A stretch of DNA of 64,000 nucleotides from Sulfurovum sp. (GCA_027062365.1 JAMOTK010000066.1:12782-76781); one strand, 5' to 3'. Shown: positions 9,381 through 19,821, counted from the first letter of the stretch. Notes: generated by a model not told the origin, from the letters alone. Program-made: numbers and translations.

Positions 9381-11027
9381 ATGGAAAATAAAAAAGAATA
9401 TCAAGTCATTAATATTGCAGGAACACTTGCAAAAGGATTTTTAAAAAGTCCTCTTACAGCTGTTTTGGGTGCATTTTTACTTATTATGGGTTATTTAGCA
9501 TTAAATACAATGCCTAGAGAAGAAGACCCTCAAATTGCTATCTCAGGAGGTGCTGTTATTGTACCATTACCTGGTGCGACACCTAAAGAGATTGAAAATA
9601 TTATTGTAAAACCACTAGAACGTAAACTGCGAGAAGTCCGTGGTATTGAGCATGTATATGGTATGGCTATGGATAATGTGGGTATTGTGAATGTTATGTA
9701 TTATATTGGAGAAGATAGAGAAGATTCCAATCTAAAGCTTTATGATAAAGTGATGCAAAATATGGATTCTATGCCAAAAGGGGTAATGCAACCACTGATT
9801 AAACCTTTTGATATAGATATAGATATTCCTATTCTTACTGTTGCTTTTTATCCAAAAGCAGATAAACAAGTAGATGATATTTCTCTTTTTGAAATGGTCA
9901 GAGAAGTCCAACAACATATTAATGCTGTAGAGTATGTGGCTAAGACAACGCTTAAAGGCGCAAGAAAAGCACAATACAATATTGAAGTTGATATGGGAAA
10001 ACTATCAGCGTATCATCTCTCTTTGGGTCAAATTATGCAAGCCGTACAATCGGTGGCTGTTGATGTACCTGATGTTAAAGGTAAAACCAATAGTGGTAAG
10101 TTGGTTATCTTTGGTGTAAAAAATGCGATAGAGAGTGTAGAAGATGTAGGTTCTGTGATTGTTGCACAATATATGAACTCACCTATTTATCTACGTGATG
10201 TAGCAAGTGTGACACATGGTATCGATATACAAAACTTTCAAACAGCTAAGATTATGTTTAAATCAGATGTCAACGATACTCTGAGTAAAGAGGCGAATCA
10301 AATTACGATGACTGTAGCAAAATTAGCTGGAACAAATGCTGTTTTTGTAGCTGAAGATGTTGTAAAAGTATTAGAATCATATCAAAAAGATTTTGATGAT
10401 TTAGGGATTGGATACCTAATTACTAGAAACTATGGTGAACGAGCCAATGAAGCCGTCAATGAATTGATGAGTCATTTGCTTATTACTATTATTATTATTG
10501 CATTGATGTTGGTATTTGCTTTAGGGTGGAGGGAATCTTTGATTGTTACTTTTTCTGTACCAGCTATTTTGGCTTTTACACTCTTTACAGCATGGATGAC
10601 AGGACAAACGATGAATAGGATTACTTTATTTGCCTTACTTCTCTCCTTGGGATTACTAGTTGATGCTGCTATTATTGTGATTGAAAATATCCATAGGCAT
10701 CTACATGCTCATGGTGTAGAAGACAAAAAGATGGAAGATTTACTTATTGAAGCAACGGATGAGATTGGGGCACCTACCAATATTGCGACATTGGCTATTA
10801 TCTTAACGATGGTACCTATGGCATTTGTGGGTGGTATGATGGGGTCATTTATGAAGCCTATCCCTTATAACGTACCTGTAGCACTGGTGGCTTCTTTGTT
10901 TGTCGCCTATATTTTTACCCCTTATTTGAGTTTAAAGTTATTAAAAAAACCTGAACATAAACCTAATAATGAAGAAGATGAGAATCATAAAATAGAAAAT
11001 AATGAAATGAAAGAAGGAAAAAAATAA
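9381..11027 (+). CDS. RND efflux permease, N-terminal half (TM1, porter loop, TM2-6)
   Basis: AcrB-like N-terminus (LKSPLTAVLGAFLLIMGYLALNTMPREEDPQIAISGGAVIVPLPGATPKEIE) and TM bundle (LLLSLGLLVDAAIIVIENI). It ends in a hydrophilic tail, KPEHKPNNEEDENHKIENNEMKEGKK. Confidence 0.85.
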   Translation: MENKKEYQVINIAGTLAKGFLKSPLTAVLGAFLLIMGYLALNTMPREEDPQIAISGGAVIVPLPGATPKEIENIIVKPLERKLREVRGIEHVYGMAMDNVGIVNVMYYIGEDREDSNLKLYDKVMQNMDSMPKGVMQPLIKPFDIDIDIPILTVAFYPKADKQVDDISLFEMVREVQQHINAVEYVAKTTLKGARKAQYNIEVDMGKLSAYHLSLGQIMQAVQSVAVDVPDVKGKTNSGKLVIFGVKNAIESVEDVGSVIVAQYMNSPIYLRDVASVTHGIDIQNFQTAKIMFKSDVNDTLSKEANQITMTVAKLAGTNAVFVAEDVVKVLESYQKDFDDLGIGYLITRNYGERANEAVNELMSHLLITIIIIALMLVFALGWRESLIVTFSVPAILAFTLFTAWMTGQTMNRITLFALLLSLGLLVDAAIIVIENIHRHLHAHGVEDKKMEDLLIEATDEIGAPTNIATLAIILTMVPMAFVGGMMGSFMKPIPYNVPVALVASLFVAYIFTPYLSLKLLKKPEHKPNNEEDENHKIENNEMKEGKK

Positions 11028-12754
11028 TGAAGGGTTTTGAAAAATTTATTTATAATATCCTAGATAGTAAATATAAAAAGAAATTAATAATATCCTTAAC
11101 TGCGATAGCTTTTTTTCTCTCACTAATGATGTTTCCTACCAAAATGGTTTTGGCAAAAATGCTACCAGGGAAGAGTGCAAATACCTTTTCTATCTATGTT
11201 GATACCCCTGCGGGTTCTTCTATTGAACAGACTAAACAAGTAAGTTCTTGTGTACTCAATTATCTAAAAAAAGAAAATGAAGTCATGAATATTGAACTCT
11301 TCTTAGGGCAAGGTATTCCTCTTGATTATGCTGGACTGGTCAAAGGTGCAAGTATGAAACGTACAGAAAATGTTTCAGAAATTTCTGTAAACCTTACGGA
11401 TAAACATCATCGAACGGAAGCATCTTATCTTATGGTACAACGTTTAAGACCATTGATACAAGAATCATGTCTCCCTTTAGTGAGGGGTACAAATATCAAA
11501 TTTATTGAACAACCTTCAGGACCTCCTACTTTAGCATCTATTGTAGTAGAAGTACATGGAGAAAACCTATCTCAAATTAGATCTTTAGCTGTGGATGTTG
11601 CTAATACGCTTTCCAATACCGAAGGGTTGGTAGATATTGATATTATGGCAGATGAAAATTTTGAAAAATATGAATTAATTCCAGATAAAGAGAAAGTAGC
11701 TAGATCAGGATTAAGTGTAAAACAGGTCAATAATATTTTATACCTTGCATTTGAGGGTATGGTAATTGCACATAAAAATTCTCAAAATTCACCAGATCAG
11801 ATTAATATGTTTTTAGTACTAGATAATGCAAGTAAACAATTACCTGAATCAAATATAGAAGCCTTAAAGAGTAAGCTCTCTTCACTTAATCTTATGAATA
11901 TGAGAGGTATGATGGTACCATTGTCTGAAGTAGTAGATATTAGAGAAGCGAAATCTAATTATATGATTATGCATAAAGACCTTTCTCGTATGACCAATGT
12001 GATTGCTGAGACCGATATGGTTTCACAAGTCTATCCTCTTTTAGAAGCACGTGAGGTATTATTGGAGAAATTTGAGAATGATTATATCATCACAAAAGCA
12101 GGATTTTCTACGTATATGTTTGACTTTACTTTAGAAGATAGAAAAACACATGCTAAGTATCTGATTCGTTGGGATGGAGAAATGAAAGTGACCTTAGATA
12201 CTTTTAGGGACTTAGGAGGAGCATTTATATCAGCATTGATACTTATCTTTCTTTTATTAGTAATATACTATAAAAGTTTTGCTATTTCAGGTATTGTACT
12301 TTTGGGTTCTTTTCTCTCGCTTATTGGTGTTATCGTAGGGCATTGGGTTGCCAATTGGTTTACAACGGAAACTTTCTTCCTTACATCAACTTCTTTAATT
12401 GGATTTATTGCTCTGATTGGTATCTCTTCACGTAACTCATTGCTCTTGATAGACTTTGCAAAGTCTCTCATGGAGTGTGAAGGTATCCAAAAACGTCATT
12501 CGATAGCGATAGCAGCAGCTACAAGGGCAAAACCTATTATGTTGACAGCTGTGGCAATTATCTTGGGTTCTGCCTTACTAGCAGGAGATCCTGTCTTTGG
12601 TGGTTTGGGTGTTGCCCTTATTTCGGGTACCGTAGCTGCCGTTTTTGTATCATTATTGTTTGTTCCTGTTTTGATGGACAACTCTAAAGCTATGGATTTT
12701 GATAAAAAATATTGCGATAATGAAGCGTTGAAAAATATCTCTATTACAAAATAA
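11027..12754 (+). CDS. RND efflux permease, C-terminal half (TM7, porter loop, TM8-12)
   Basis: Starts in a TAATG overlap with the previous ORF, preceded by GAAGGAA. It has TM7 ([17 protein letters not shown]), a large loop and the conserved [18 protein letters not shown]-type TM10-11 region. Confidence 0.85.
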   Translation: MKGFEKFIYNILDSKYKKKLIISLTAIAFFLSLMMFPTKMVLAKMLPGKSANTFSIYVDTPAGSSIEQTKQVSSCVLNYLKKENEVMNIELFLGQGIPLDYAGLVKGASMKRTENVSEISVNLTDKHHRTEASYLMVQRLRPLIQESCLPLVRGTNIKFIEQPSGPPTLASIVVEVHGENLSQIRSLAVDVANTLSNTEGLVDIDIMADENFEKYELIPDKEKVARSGLSVKQVNNILYLAFEGMVIAHKNSQNSPDQINMFLVLDNASKQLPESNIEALKSKLSSLNLMNMRGMMVPLSEVVDIREAKSNYMIMHKDLSRMTNVIAETDMVSQVYPLLEAREVLLEKFENDYIITKAGFSTYMFDFTLEDRKTHAKYLIRWDGEMKVTLDTFRDLGGAFISALILIFLLLVIYYKSFAISGIVLLGSFLSLIGVIVGHWVANWFTTETFFLTSTSLIGFIALIGISSRNSLLLIDFAKSLMECEGIQKRHSIAIAAATRAKPIMLTAVAIILGSALLAGDPVFGGLGVALISGTVAAVFVSLLFVPVLMDNSKAMDFDKKYCDNEALKNISITK

Positions 12755-12777
12755 TCTTTTATACTTCACAATGGGCT

Positions 12778-12803
12778 TTCCTTTGCCCATTGTATCCCTC
12801 TTT
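12778..12803 (+). terminator. Rho-independent terminator of the efflux operon
   Basis: Stem ACAATGGGC / GCCCATTGT with loop TTTCCTTT, followed by a T-rich stretch, 24 nt after the RND stop. Confidence 0.55.
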
Positions 12804-12825
12804 TACCACATTCACATCATCTATT

Positions 12826-12834
12826 TGCTATAAT
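12826..12834 (+). promoter_or_regulatory. Extended -10 box TGcTATAAT upstream of efp
   Basis: tatTTGCTATAATcac lies 28 nt upstream of the efp ATG, and an AAGGAG RBS sits at 12851-12856. Confidence 0.5.
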
Positions 12835-12861
12835 CACTTCATAAATTATCAAGGAGATACT

Positions 12862-13428
12862 ATGGCTACAATAGGAATGGGTGACATCAAAAAAGGTGCA
12901 AGACTCGAAATTACAGGAAATCCATATAGAGTAACAGAATTTCAACATGTCAAACCAGGAAAAGGTGCCGCTTTTGTACGTATGAAGGTTAAGAATTTAC
13001 AAACAGGTAAAGTCATTGACAAAACTGTACACGCAGGAGACAAATTTGACGTACCAGAACTAGAACAAACCACGATGCAATATCTTTATGATGATGGTGA
13101 TTTTCTTCAGTTTATGGACACTACAACCTTTGAGCAAATTGGTCTAACACATGAACAAGTAGGTAAAGATACTTTTGCATATATGATTGATGGAATGGAA
13201 GCAGAGATACTCTTTCATGCAGGAAAAGCGATTTCTGTAGAGATTCCTCAAACAGTGGTACTAAAGATAGTAGAAACACCACCTAACTTCAAAGGTGATT
13301 CACAAGGGGGTAAAAAACCTGCAACACTTGAGAGTGGAGCAGTGGTTCAAGTACCTTTTCATATCCTTGAAGGTGAGATGGTAAAAGTGGATACTGTTGA
13401 GGGTAAGTACTTAGAAAAAGCAAAGTAA
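12862..13428 (+). CDS. efp: Translation elongation factor P
   Basis: [50 protein letters not shown]... The ATG at 12862 has an AAGGAG RBS. The track's 12790 start adds an implausible 24-aa extension. Confidence 0.95.
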   Translation: MATIGMGDIKKGARLEITGNPYRVTEFQHVKPGKGAAFVRMKVKNLQTGKVIDKTVHAGDKFDVPELEQTTMQYLYDDGDFLQFMDTTTFEQIGLTHEQVGKDTFAYMIDGMEAEILFHAGKAISVEIPQTVVLKIVETPPNFKGDSQGGKKPATLESGAVVQVPFHILEGEMVKVDTVEGKYLEKAK

Positions 13429-13448
13429 GTAGTTATTGACTTTATGAT

Positions 13449-13470
13449 AAGAGGCTATAGAAAGCCTCTT
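13449..13470. terminator. Bidirectional terminator hairpin between the convergent efp and kinase genes
   Basis: Stem AAGAGGCT / AGCCTCTT with loop ATAGAA. Confidence 0.5.
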
Positions 13471-13484
13471 AATATACAATGGCG

Positions 13485-16469
13485 TTATAAGAGCGATTCT
13501 TTTAGTTTCTTTGCTATCTCATCAGACTTTATCCCTAAGGGAAAGGCTTCAAAACAATCTTCAGCTTCATTACTATCACCTAATATAGCAAATGGTTTAG
13601 CACCACTATCTCTGATAATATCAGCTACCATACATTTGATTTCTCTAAAAGGCTCTATATCATAGATAACAAAAGTATATGTTTCTTCATCGACCTTATT
13701 TAAAAATAAATTTTCATCTGAAATTATATCAATAGTATATCCTAGGCTTTCTAACATACCTTTATAGATATTTGAGATTAAAGATACAGAATGGTAGAGT
13801 AATATATCATAGTTTTGAGTTACCTCTTTATTATATTCTTCTATCTTTGTATCAGAAGAAAAATATTGTTGCAAGATTAAACTTAGCTTTTCAAGATCTA
13901 AAGGTTTGGACAAGTAATTGTCCATACCAGCATCAATATATTTTTCTCTATCTCCTGCTAATGCATTGGCTGTAAGTGCAATAATAGGAATGTGACGTTT
14001 ACGTTGGGTCTCTTCATAATGCAAAATTTCTTTGGTCGCTTCTATCCCACCCATAACAGGCATTTGTATATCCATGAATATAAGGTTGTATTGATTCATC
14101 TGACGAAGATTTAACGCTTCTTCTCCATTGTTAGCCAATGTAACATTGAGTCCAAAACCATGAAGGACATGCATAATTAGTTTTTGGTTGATACTATTAT
14201 CTTCTGCCACTAAAACATGCTTATTCTCAAAAGTAAGCTTAGGTGCTTTTAATGCTACTTTTACTTTTTTTGTACTTTGTAATACTTCTAATGATTTTAA
14301 TGTTTTAGTAAGATTGACTGGTTTGTAGAGTATTTTATCTATTTTATCTTCCAAGCCTTCAATACGTCTTTTTTTATCATTTGTAAGCATGACAATAATT
14401 TTTGTATCAAGATCTAGATATTTTTCTAATTCACCTTCTCTTTGGTAATATTTTTGATCAATAAAGAGTACAGAAGGGAGTACTGTAGGTAAGTTATCTG
14501 CAAGGATAATATCACTTTTTGCATCTGTGTATTCTATATAGTTCATAAGGTTACTATTTGTTTCTGTATCTACTATGGTATTAGGAAGTAGTAGTCCTAT
14601 GCTATATTTGGACATGTCTATCTCTTCTCTAGGGACACTACTTTTATCCTTTTCAAGATTTATAGTAAAATAAAAAGTAGCACCTTTCCCTTCGATACTT
14701 TCTATTTTAAGTTTTCCACCCATAATAGCAGTGAGTTTGGAAGAAATAGCTAAACCTAGTCCTGTACCACCAAATTTTCTACTAGTACTTACATCAGCTT
14801 GAGAAAAGGCTTCAAATATTTTGTCTTGTTGTTCCATAGTGATACCAATACCTGAATCATGTACAGAAAATCTAATAGTAGTATATTTCGTACTTTCTGC
14901 AATCTTAACTATTTGTACATTGACGGAACCTTTTTCAGCAGTAAATTTAATTGCATTGGAGATAAGATTAACAAGAATTTGAGAAATTTTAGTAGGGTCA
15001 CCGACAATAGTTTTTGGCAATTCTGGGTCAATAAAAATACCAAATTCAACATTTTTTTCTGCTGCTCTTGCTGCATAAGATTCAATCGCTGATTCAAATT
15101 TTTCAACAGGGTCAAACGCTATATGTTCTAGTTCTATTTTCTCTGCTTTAATTTTGGAAAGGTCTAAAATATCATTTACAATAGTCAATAAATTATCAGA
15201 GCTATTTTCTATTACCGTAATAAACTCTTCTTGTTCTTCTGTGGTTGCTGTAGATTTAAGTAATTGAGTAAACCCCACAATACCATTGAGAGGTGTTCTG
15301 ATTTCGTGAGACATATTGGCTAAAAATAAATCTTTGGCTTGATTGGCATCTTTGATTGTGGTTGTTAAAAATCTATATATATTATTAATCTCTTGTTTCT
15401 CTATCAGTAATTTTAATTCTGTTTGTTGTTCTGGGCTTAATACTAATTCGATATCTTTGAGTGTATTTTCAAAAAGTTTTTTCTCTCTACTGATATTATA
15501 ATAGATAATCCATAAAATAAATAGTAATATAAATGCCAAAAATACCATGATAGCATAACGTATCATAGTAGTTTTTATCTCTGCTTCACTTTTTGTAATA
15601 TATATTTGTACTTCAGTACTTAGTAAAGATTGCGATGCTTCATAAAAAATTATTTTTTTCTCTACTTGTGTAAACCATTCTTTAAGTGTAATTGTATACT
15701 TACCATCTAAACTGCCATAGAGCAATTGAACACGTTCTTTTTCACTTAGTGTATAAAATAATTCTGAAGACATAAGTGCTATAATCCCACGTTGTGTTTT
15801 TTGGTTTAAGTTCTGATAAGAAGGTAAAATATCAGAGACCACTAGAGTATTCCATAACGTTAAATCTTCATCTGTCATTTTTTTTGAAGCACTTAATACA
15901 AAAGTAATAATTGTGTTTTCTGCTGCTGTATATTCTTTTAGTTTAGAAAATTTTTGAAAGATAGATAATGAAGATTTTATATGAGGTGTATTTTCTATTT
16001 TAATGATTTTATCCATAATATCCACTAAAGCAAGTGATATTTTTTGGTGATAAAGTGTATATAAAATATTACGATAATCTATACTCATAGAGTCAATTTT
16101 ACTTCGTACATCTTTTAAATGTATTTGAATTTCTTCAAGTAGTTTAGTATATGTATTGAAATTTGATTTAAGTTGAAGTAATGTTTCCACATCTTTGATT
16201 GCTTTATCGGCTACTTCTCTAGACTTTTTGACTTTTTTAAATCCAATTTTACCTTCTGTTCCTAAATATAGTGAAGCATTTAGACTCTCATTATGTATGG
16301 CATTTAAAGCTGTATTTAGTTTTTTGCTTATATAAAGACTGTCTTCACTTGTCTTTGTAAGGGAGTATTTTATAGAGGCTAAATATGTATAATACGAAAG
16401 TCCAGCAATGGTGCTTATGACTATTAGCATAAATAGAATCACAATATTCTTAGTATTGAAAAATTTCAT
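13485..16469 (-). CDS. Hybrid sensor histidine kinase with a ~280-aa NIT-like periplasmic domain, HisKA, HATPase, one canonical receiver and two receiver-like domains
   Basis: TM1 IVILFMLIVISTIAGLSYYTYLA and TM2 AIMVFLAFILLFILWIIYY. H-box FLANMSHEIRTPLNGI; N/G boxes NLISNAIKFT and GGTGLGLAIS. Receiver VLVAEDNSINQ...IFMDIQMPVMGG...ALTANA. The periplasmic AIHNESLNASLYLG ... LKDVRSKID resembles the NIT domain. Confidence 0.85.
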   Translation of the reverse strand: MKFFNTKNIVILFMLIVISTIAGLSYYTYLASIKYSLTKTSEDSLYISKKLNTALNAIHNESLNASLYLGTEGKIGFKKVKKSREVADKAIKDVETLLQLKSNFNTYTKLLEEIQIHLKDVRSKIDSMSIDYRNILYTLYHQKISLALVDIMDKIIKIENTPHIKSSLSIFQKFSKLKEYTAAENTIITFVLSASKKMTDEDLTLWNTLVVSDILPSYQNLNQKTQRGIIALMSSELFYTLSEKERVQLLYGSLDGKYTITLKEWFTQVEKKIIFYEASQSLLSTEVQIYITKSEAEIKTTMIRYAIMVFLAFILLFILWIIYYNISREKKLFENTLKDIELVLSPEQQTELKLLIEKQEINNIYRFLTTTIKDANQAKDLFLANMSHEIRTPLNGIVGFTQLLKSTATTEEQEEFITVIENSSDNLLTIVNDILDLSKIKAEKIELEHIAFDPVEKFESAIESYAARAAEKNVEFGIFIDPELPKTIVGDPTKISQILVNLISNAIKFTAEKGSVNVQIVKIAESTKYTTIRFSVHDSGIGITMEQQDKIFEAFSQADVSTSRKFGGTGLGLAISSKLTAIMGGKLKIESIEGKGATFYFTINLEKDKSSVPREEIDMSKYSIGLLLPNTIVDTETNSNLMNYIEYTDAKSDIILADNLPTVLPSVLFIDQKYYQREGELEKYLDLDTKIIVMLTNDKKRRIEGLEDKIDKILYKPVNLTKTLKSLEVLQSTKKVKVALKAPKLTFENKHVLVAEDNSINQKLIMHVLHGFGLNVTLANNGEEALNLRQMNQYNLIFMDIQMPVMGGIEATKEILHYEETQRKRHIPIIALTANALAGDREKYIDAGMDNYLSKPLDLEKLSLILQQYFSSDTKIEEYNKEVTQNYDILLYHSVSLISNIYKGMLESLGYTIDIISDENLFLNKVDEETYTFVIYDIEPFREIKCMVADIIRDSGAKPFAILGDSNEAEDCFEAFPLGIKSDEIAKKLKESLL

Positions 16470-16483
16470 TTTTATTGATCCCT

Positions 16484-17242
16484 TTATTGGTGTTTACTAT
16501 GATAAAGTGCTAATTTATTGACTAATACTTCTATGTTCTTAACCGAAGAAAATAAAAGTATAGGAATAAAAAGTTTTTTATATTTTTTGATAAATATTTT
16601 ATCTTTTTTCCAAAGGTTACTTAACTCTTTACGCTTTCCAATGAGTTGATGTGGATAGTTATAGCTCGTTAGAATACTTAAATTTTTTTCTAGTTTACTG
16701 ATACTTTCTATAAGCATTTCATTGTTTATTTTATTATCAAATCCTGAGCATAATATAATGTAGTATTTAAGTGTCCTTTGAAGAAGATACTCTACTTGTT
16801 TGGTAACCATAATCATCTGTTCTTCATTGGAAAAATCATACTTAGCATCTTGGGCAATAGAGCCTATCCCTTCTAAAAGGGTCTCACTATAGTCAATCAG
16901 TAAAGAAGCATTTTCAAGTGAATATTTTTTACTAAAAATATCTGCCATTTCATTTTTATTATAAGAAAGAAATTCTAATATATCTTTTGTATCTGTCTCT
17001 TTGCTTGTTAGAGCAATAGTTCTAAAGTTTTCACTTAATGCATCTAATGCAGAAGAGAGTTTCTTTTTTACCTCTACTCTTTGAGGATAATTATAGTGTA
17101 GAAAATAATCCTTTACAATCGTTTGACTTAAGTAGCGAATATTTTCTGATGCTTCGATAATTTTGACATCACCTCTTGTAGCAGCATAAAGATTAATAGT
17201 CATGAGTGGAAGAAGAACACATAGCTGAAATAATCGGGTCAT
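16484..17242 (-). CDS. Periplasmic two-lobed helical protein; degenerate paralogue of the double PilJ/P-box family
   Basis: Signal peptide MTRLFQLCVLLPLMTINLYA. The positions equivalent to the P-box read ASENIRYLSQTIVKDYF and VTKQVEYLLQRTLKYYI. It shares length and layout with the neighbouring paralogues. Confidence 0.55.
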   Translation of the reverse strand: MTRLFQLCVLLPLMTINLYAATRGDVKIIEASENIRYLSQTIVKDYFLHYNYPQRVEVKKKLSSALDALSENFRTIALTSKETDTKDILEFLSYNKNEMADIFSKKYSLENASLLIDYSETLLEGIGSIAQDAKYDFSNEEQMIMVTKQVEYLLQRTLKYYIILCSGFDNKINNEMLIESISKLEKNLSILTSYNYPHQLIGKRKELSNLWKKDKIFIKKYKKLFIPILLFSSVKNIEVLVNKLALYHSKHQ

Positions 17243-17251
17243 GTTGTTTCC

Positions 17252-18058
17252 TTATTTATACAGTTCTACATACAAATGCGTGACTGCATTCATTTTTTTA
17301 GTAATATCATCACTAGAATTAAAGACAATCAGTGGTAGACCACCTTTTTCTATATTAAGATAAAATTTGTAAACAATTTTCCAAAGTCTATTGACTTTAT
17401 TAAGATTTTTATTGATTTCAGGGGTATTTGTTTGATTGGCTAAAAGTACTTTGTGTGTTTTAGAGAAGAGTGCTACAGCTGTATTCATCTGTTCGACAGT
17501 ATTTTTATCTTTAATACCTGACTGGTATGCTATATAGTATTTAGCAATACGTTGTGCCAACATACGTTGTCTTCCTGCTATTTCAATAATATTTGACTCT
17601 TGTACGGTAATAGTCTCTTTGAGAGAATCTACTACATATTGGCTACCTTCTAGCATAGATTCACTCAAGTCAATAATAAGTTGAGCATTATCAAGACTGA
17701 AAGGTTCATTTGCAGTAAGTTCAAAATCTTCAGTACCCATCTCAACAAAGGCTAAAAGATTTTTTATATCTTCATCATTGATTGCAGCAACTAGTTTTTT
17801 ATGTGAAGCTGTAAGTTCTAATATGGATTGTTTCAATTGTTTATTGGCTTTGGATGTGGCTACTTTTCTACCTGCATAAAGATAATCTTTTGCAATTCTT
17901 TGAGAAAGCATTCTTTGTTTGCCTGCAATATTTATAAGCTTCATTGTGTCAGTAATTACAGCAGGATTAGAAGAAGCTTCTTTTGCTCCTATGGTAGTAC
18001 TTCCTAGTATGAGTGCTAAACTACAGATACTAACGATTGTTTTTAGATTATTATTCAT
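17252..18058 (-). CDS. Periplasmic protein made of two PilJ-N/NarX-P-box-type sensor modules, with no TM or output domain
   Basis: Signal peptide, then IAGKQRMLSQRIAKDYLY and IAGRQRMLAQRIAKYYIAY. I prefer the ATG at 18058 (RBS AAGGGA), which lies 1 nt past the upstream gene's stop (18060-18062). The track's start is 18073. Confidence 0.7.
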   Translation of the reverse strand: MNNNLKTIVSICSLALILGSTTIGAKEASSNPAVITDTMKLINIAGKQRMLSQRIAKDYLYAGRKVATSKANKQLKQSILELTASHKKLVAAINDEDIKNLLAFVEMGTEDFELTANEPFSLDNAQLIIDLSESMLEGSQYVVDSLKETITVQESNIIEIAGRQRMLAQRIAKYYIAYQSGIKDKNTVEQMNTAVALFSKTHKVLLANQTNTPEINKNLNKVNRLWKIVYKFYLNIEKGGLPLIVFNSSDDITKKMNAVTHLYVELYK

Positions 18059-18059
18059 G

Positions 18060-18818
18060 TTATTTCCCTTCATTTATATAAGTTTGTGTTATTTTTTCAA
18101 TTTCTTGATGAATTTGTGTTGTCTTCTTGTAAATTAGTGTTGGAATAAATTTACTTTTAGAACGGTTCATCATCTCGAAAAATTTAAAAGAACGCATGAC
18201 AGCTTTAATTTTTTTCTTATTACTCTTTGTGGTTTGAGAACTATTTAGCATTTTATGGAGTGAATTATTAAAAAATGTGATACTCTCTTTCATTTTGAAA
18301 TTAAATTTAGGATCAGATATCCCCCATGTCTTCATCATGTAAAGTGCAGCCATTCTCTCAATAATTACACCTTGATATCCTGCAATACTTACAATGTCAT
18401 GTTTTGATTCTTTATCTTTTGACAAAAGTACATTCATGAGTATACTCATCTCTTGAAGTATTTTATCAGTCTCTTTTTGTAATACTAAAGTTTTGTCTTT
18501 TGCAGGCTTATTATGAAAGTCTTTTTCAATCGTATTCCATATCATCTGAGCATTTTCTAATGCTTCTTTAGACTTACTGTCTTCAAATGTACCTTTTAGT
18601 GATGTAAAACTTTTTGTGTACGCTGTAAGATATCTTTTTAGTTTACCCTTAGAGTCTTTAAAATTATTACCCATACCTAAAAAAGAGTATTCTTTAAGTA
18701 TTTGTTGGAGTAAAACTTTTTGTTGATTGACGGCATTGATCATGGATTTATCTACTTTTGCATTCACTGTAGAAGCCAAAACAATTGTTATTAGTATCGT
18801 CTTTAGTATATGTATCAT
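18060..18818 (-). CDS. Periplasmic two-lobed helical protein; degenerate paralogue of the double PilJ/P-box family
   Basis: Signal peptide MIHILKTILITIVLASTVNA. The motif positions read VNQQKVLLQQILKEYSF and IAGYQGVIIERMAALYMMKTWGISD. Its C-terminal half aligns with 19890-20672 (FFEMMN.S..KFIPTLIYKK). Confidence 0.55.
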   Translation of the reverse strand: MIHILKTILITIVLASTVNAKVDKSMINAVNQQKVLLQQILKEYSFLGMGNNFKDSKGKLKRYLTAYTKSFTSLKGTFEDSKSKEALENAQMIWNTIEKDFHNKPAKDKTLVLQKETDKILQEMSILMNVLLSKDKESKHDIVSIAGYQGVIIERMAALYMMKTWGISDPKFNFKMKESITFFNNSLHKMLNSSQTTKSNKKKIKAVMRSFKFFEMMNRSKSKFIPTLIYKKTTQIHQEIEKITQTYINEGK

Positions 18819-18828
18819 TGCTTCTCCT

Positions 18829-19821
18829 TTACTTTGGTATATTTGGTTGTTTAATATCTGGTTTTCTACCTTCTAAGGCTTTGAAAAAAGCAATAAGGTT
18901 GTTGATGTCATCTTCATCAATTTCTGTTACCGAGAGTTGAATACGTGACATTTCTTTGATAGCATCTTTTAACTTTGGAACTGTTCCGTTGTGAAAATAA
19001 GGTGCATTTAATGTAACATTTCGTAAAGAAGGTACTTTTACTAATCCATTTTTGTCTCCTGTAAAATCACCTACATCTTTAAACTTAAATTCATTGGCTA
19101 TGGCAAAGGGTTGCATAGACCCACCTATGGCTACCCCTGTATGACAGTTGATACATCCTCTATCTATAAAGATAGAAAGACCTTTTTTCTCTTGTGCATT
19201 GAGGGCATTATTTTTACCATTGAGAAAATCATCAAAACGTGATGGTGTAATTAATGTACGTTCAAAAGCTGCAATGGCTATAGCTATTTGTTTAAAAGTG
19301 ATTTTGACATTCTTTCCATACGCTTTTTTAAATGCTTTGACATAGACAGGTACCTTTGTGATACGCTCAACAGCAAGTTCAGGTGTCATACCCATTTCAA
19401 ATGGAGCTAACATTGGACCTTGGGCTTGGTCTTCTAGGTCGGGGCTTCTCCCATCCCAAAATTGATGTTCAAACAAAGATGCATTATAAACAGTAGGTGA
19501 GTTTAGATGGTGAGGATTTTTTGCTCCACCTATCCCTATAGCAACACTTAGTCCATCAGCCCCACCTTGGGTCAAATCATGACAACTTGCACAGCTAATT
19601 GTCTGGTCTTTTGAGAGCCTTGTATCAAAAAAAAGTTGTTTCCCTAAAGCTATTCTATCTTTGGTTAAAACTTTTTTAGGGTCAATGAGTTTATAAAGTT
19701 CTTTTTTACTGCTAGGAATTGGTTTAAGTCCTGCTCTTTTTACACTTTGTTCTAAATTTTCTTCTGCTACTAGTATCCATGGCATCAGAAGTAGTAACGT
19801 AAGATATGGTACTTTTTTCAT
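18829..19821 (-). CDS. Di-haem cytochrome c peroxidase (CCP/MauG family)
   Basis: Signal peptide, two haem c sites (CASCHD and CINCHTG), then the conserved FWDGR and PSLRNV..T.PYFHNG motifs. Confidence 0.88.
   Translation of the reverse strand: MKKVPYLTLLLLMPWILVAEENLEQSVKRAGLKPIPSSKKELYKLIDPKKVLTKDRIALGKQLFFDTRLSKDQTISCASCHDLTQGGADGLSVAIGIGGAKNPHHLNSPTVYNASLFEHQFWDGRSPDLEDQAQGPMLAPFEMGMTPELAVERITKVPVYVKAFKKAYGKNVKITFKQIAIAIAAFERTLITPSRFDDFLNGKNNALNAQEKKGLSIFIDRGCINCHTGVAIGGSMQPFAIANEFKFKDVGDFTGDKNGLVKVPSLRNVTLNAPYFHNGTVPKLKDAIKEMSRIQLSVTEIDEDDINNLIAFFKALEGRKPDIKQPNIPK

Noticed and set aside
9381-12754. The split RND permease read as a pseudogene or sequencing frameshift
   Set aside because: I have not fully excluded this, but I judge it unlikely. 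The break sits exactly at the inter-half linker. Both ORFs are full length with intact TM bundles. The junction is a clean TAATG overlap with an RBS, and the first half has an evolved hydrophilic tail. This needs confirmation against orthologues.
12790-12861. An N-terminal 24-aa extension of efp, from the track ORF start at 12790
   Set aside because: The extension covers the terminator and promoter region. A TGcTATAAT box and an AAGGAG RBS precede the ATG at 12862, which yields the canonical MATIG... EF-P N-terminus.
13444-13665. A 73-aa plus-strand ORF downstream of efp
   Set aside because: It starts inside the bidirectional terminator hairpin and lies antisense to the 3' end of the histidine kinase gene. 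It has no RBS and a low-complexity sequence.
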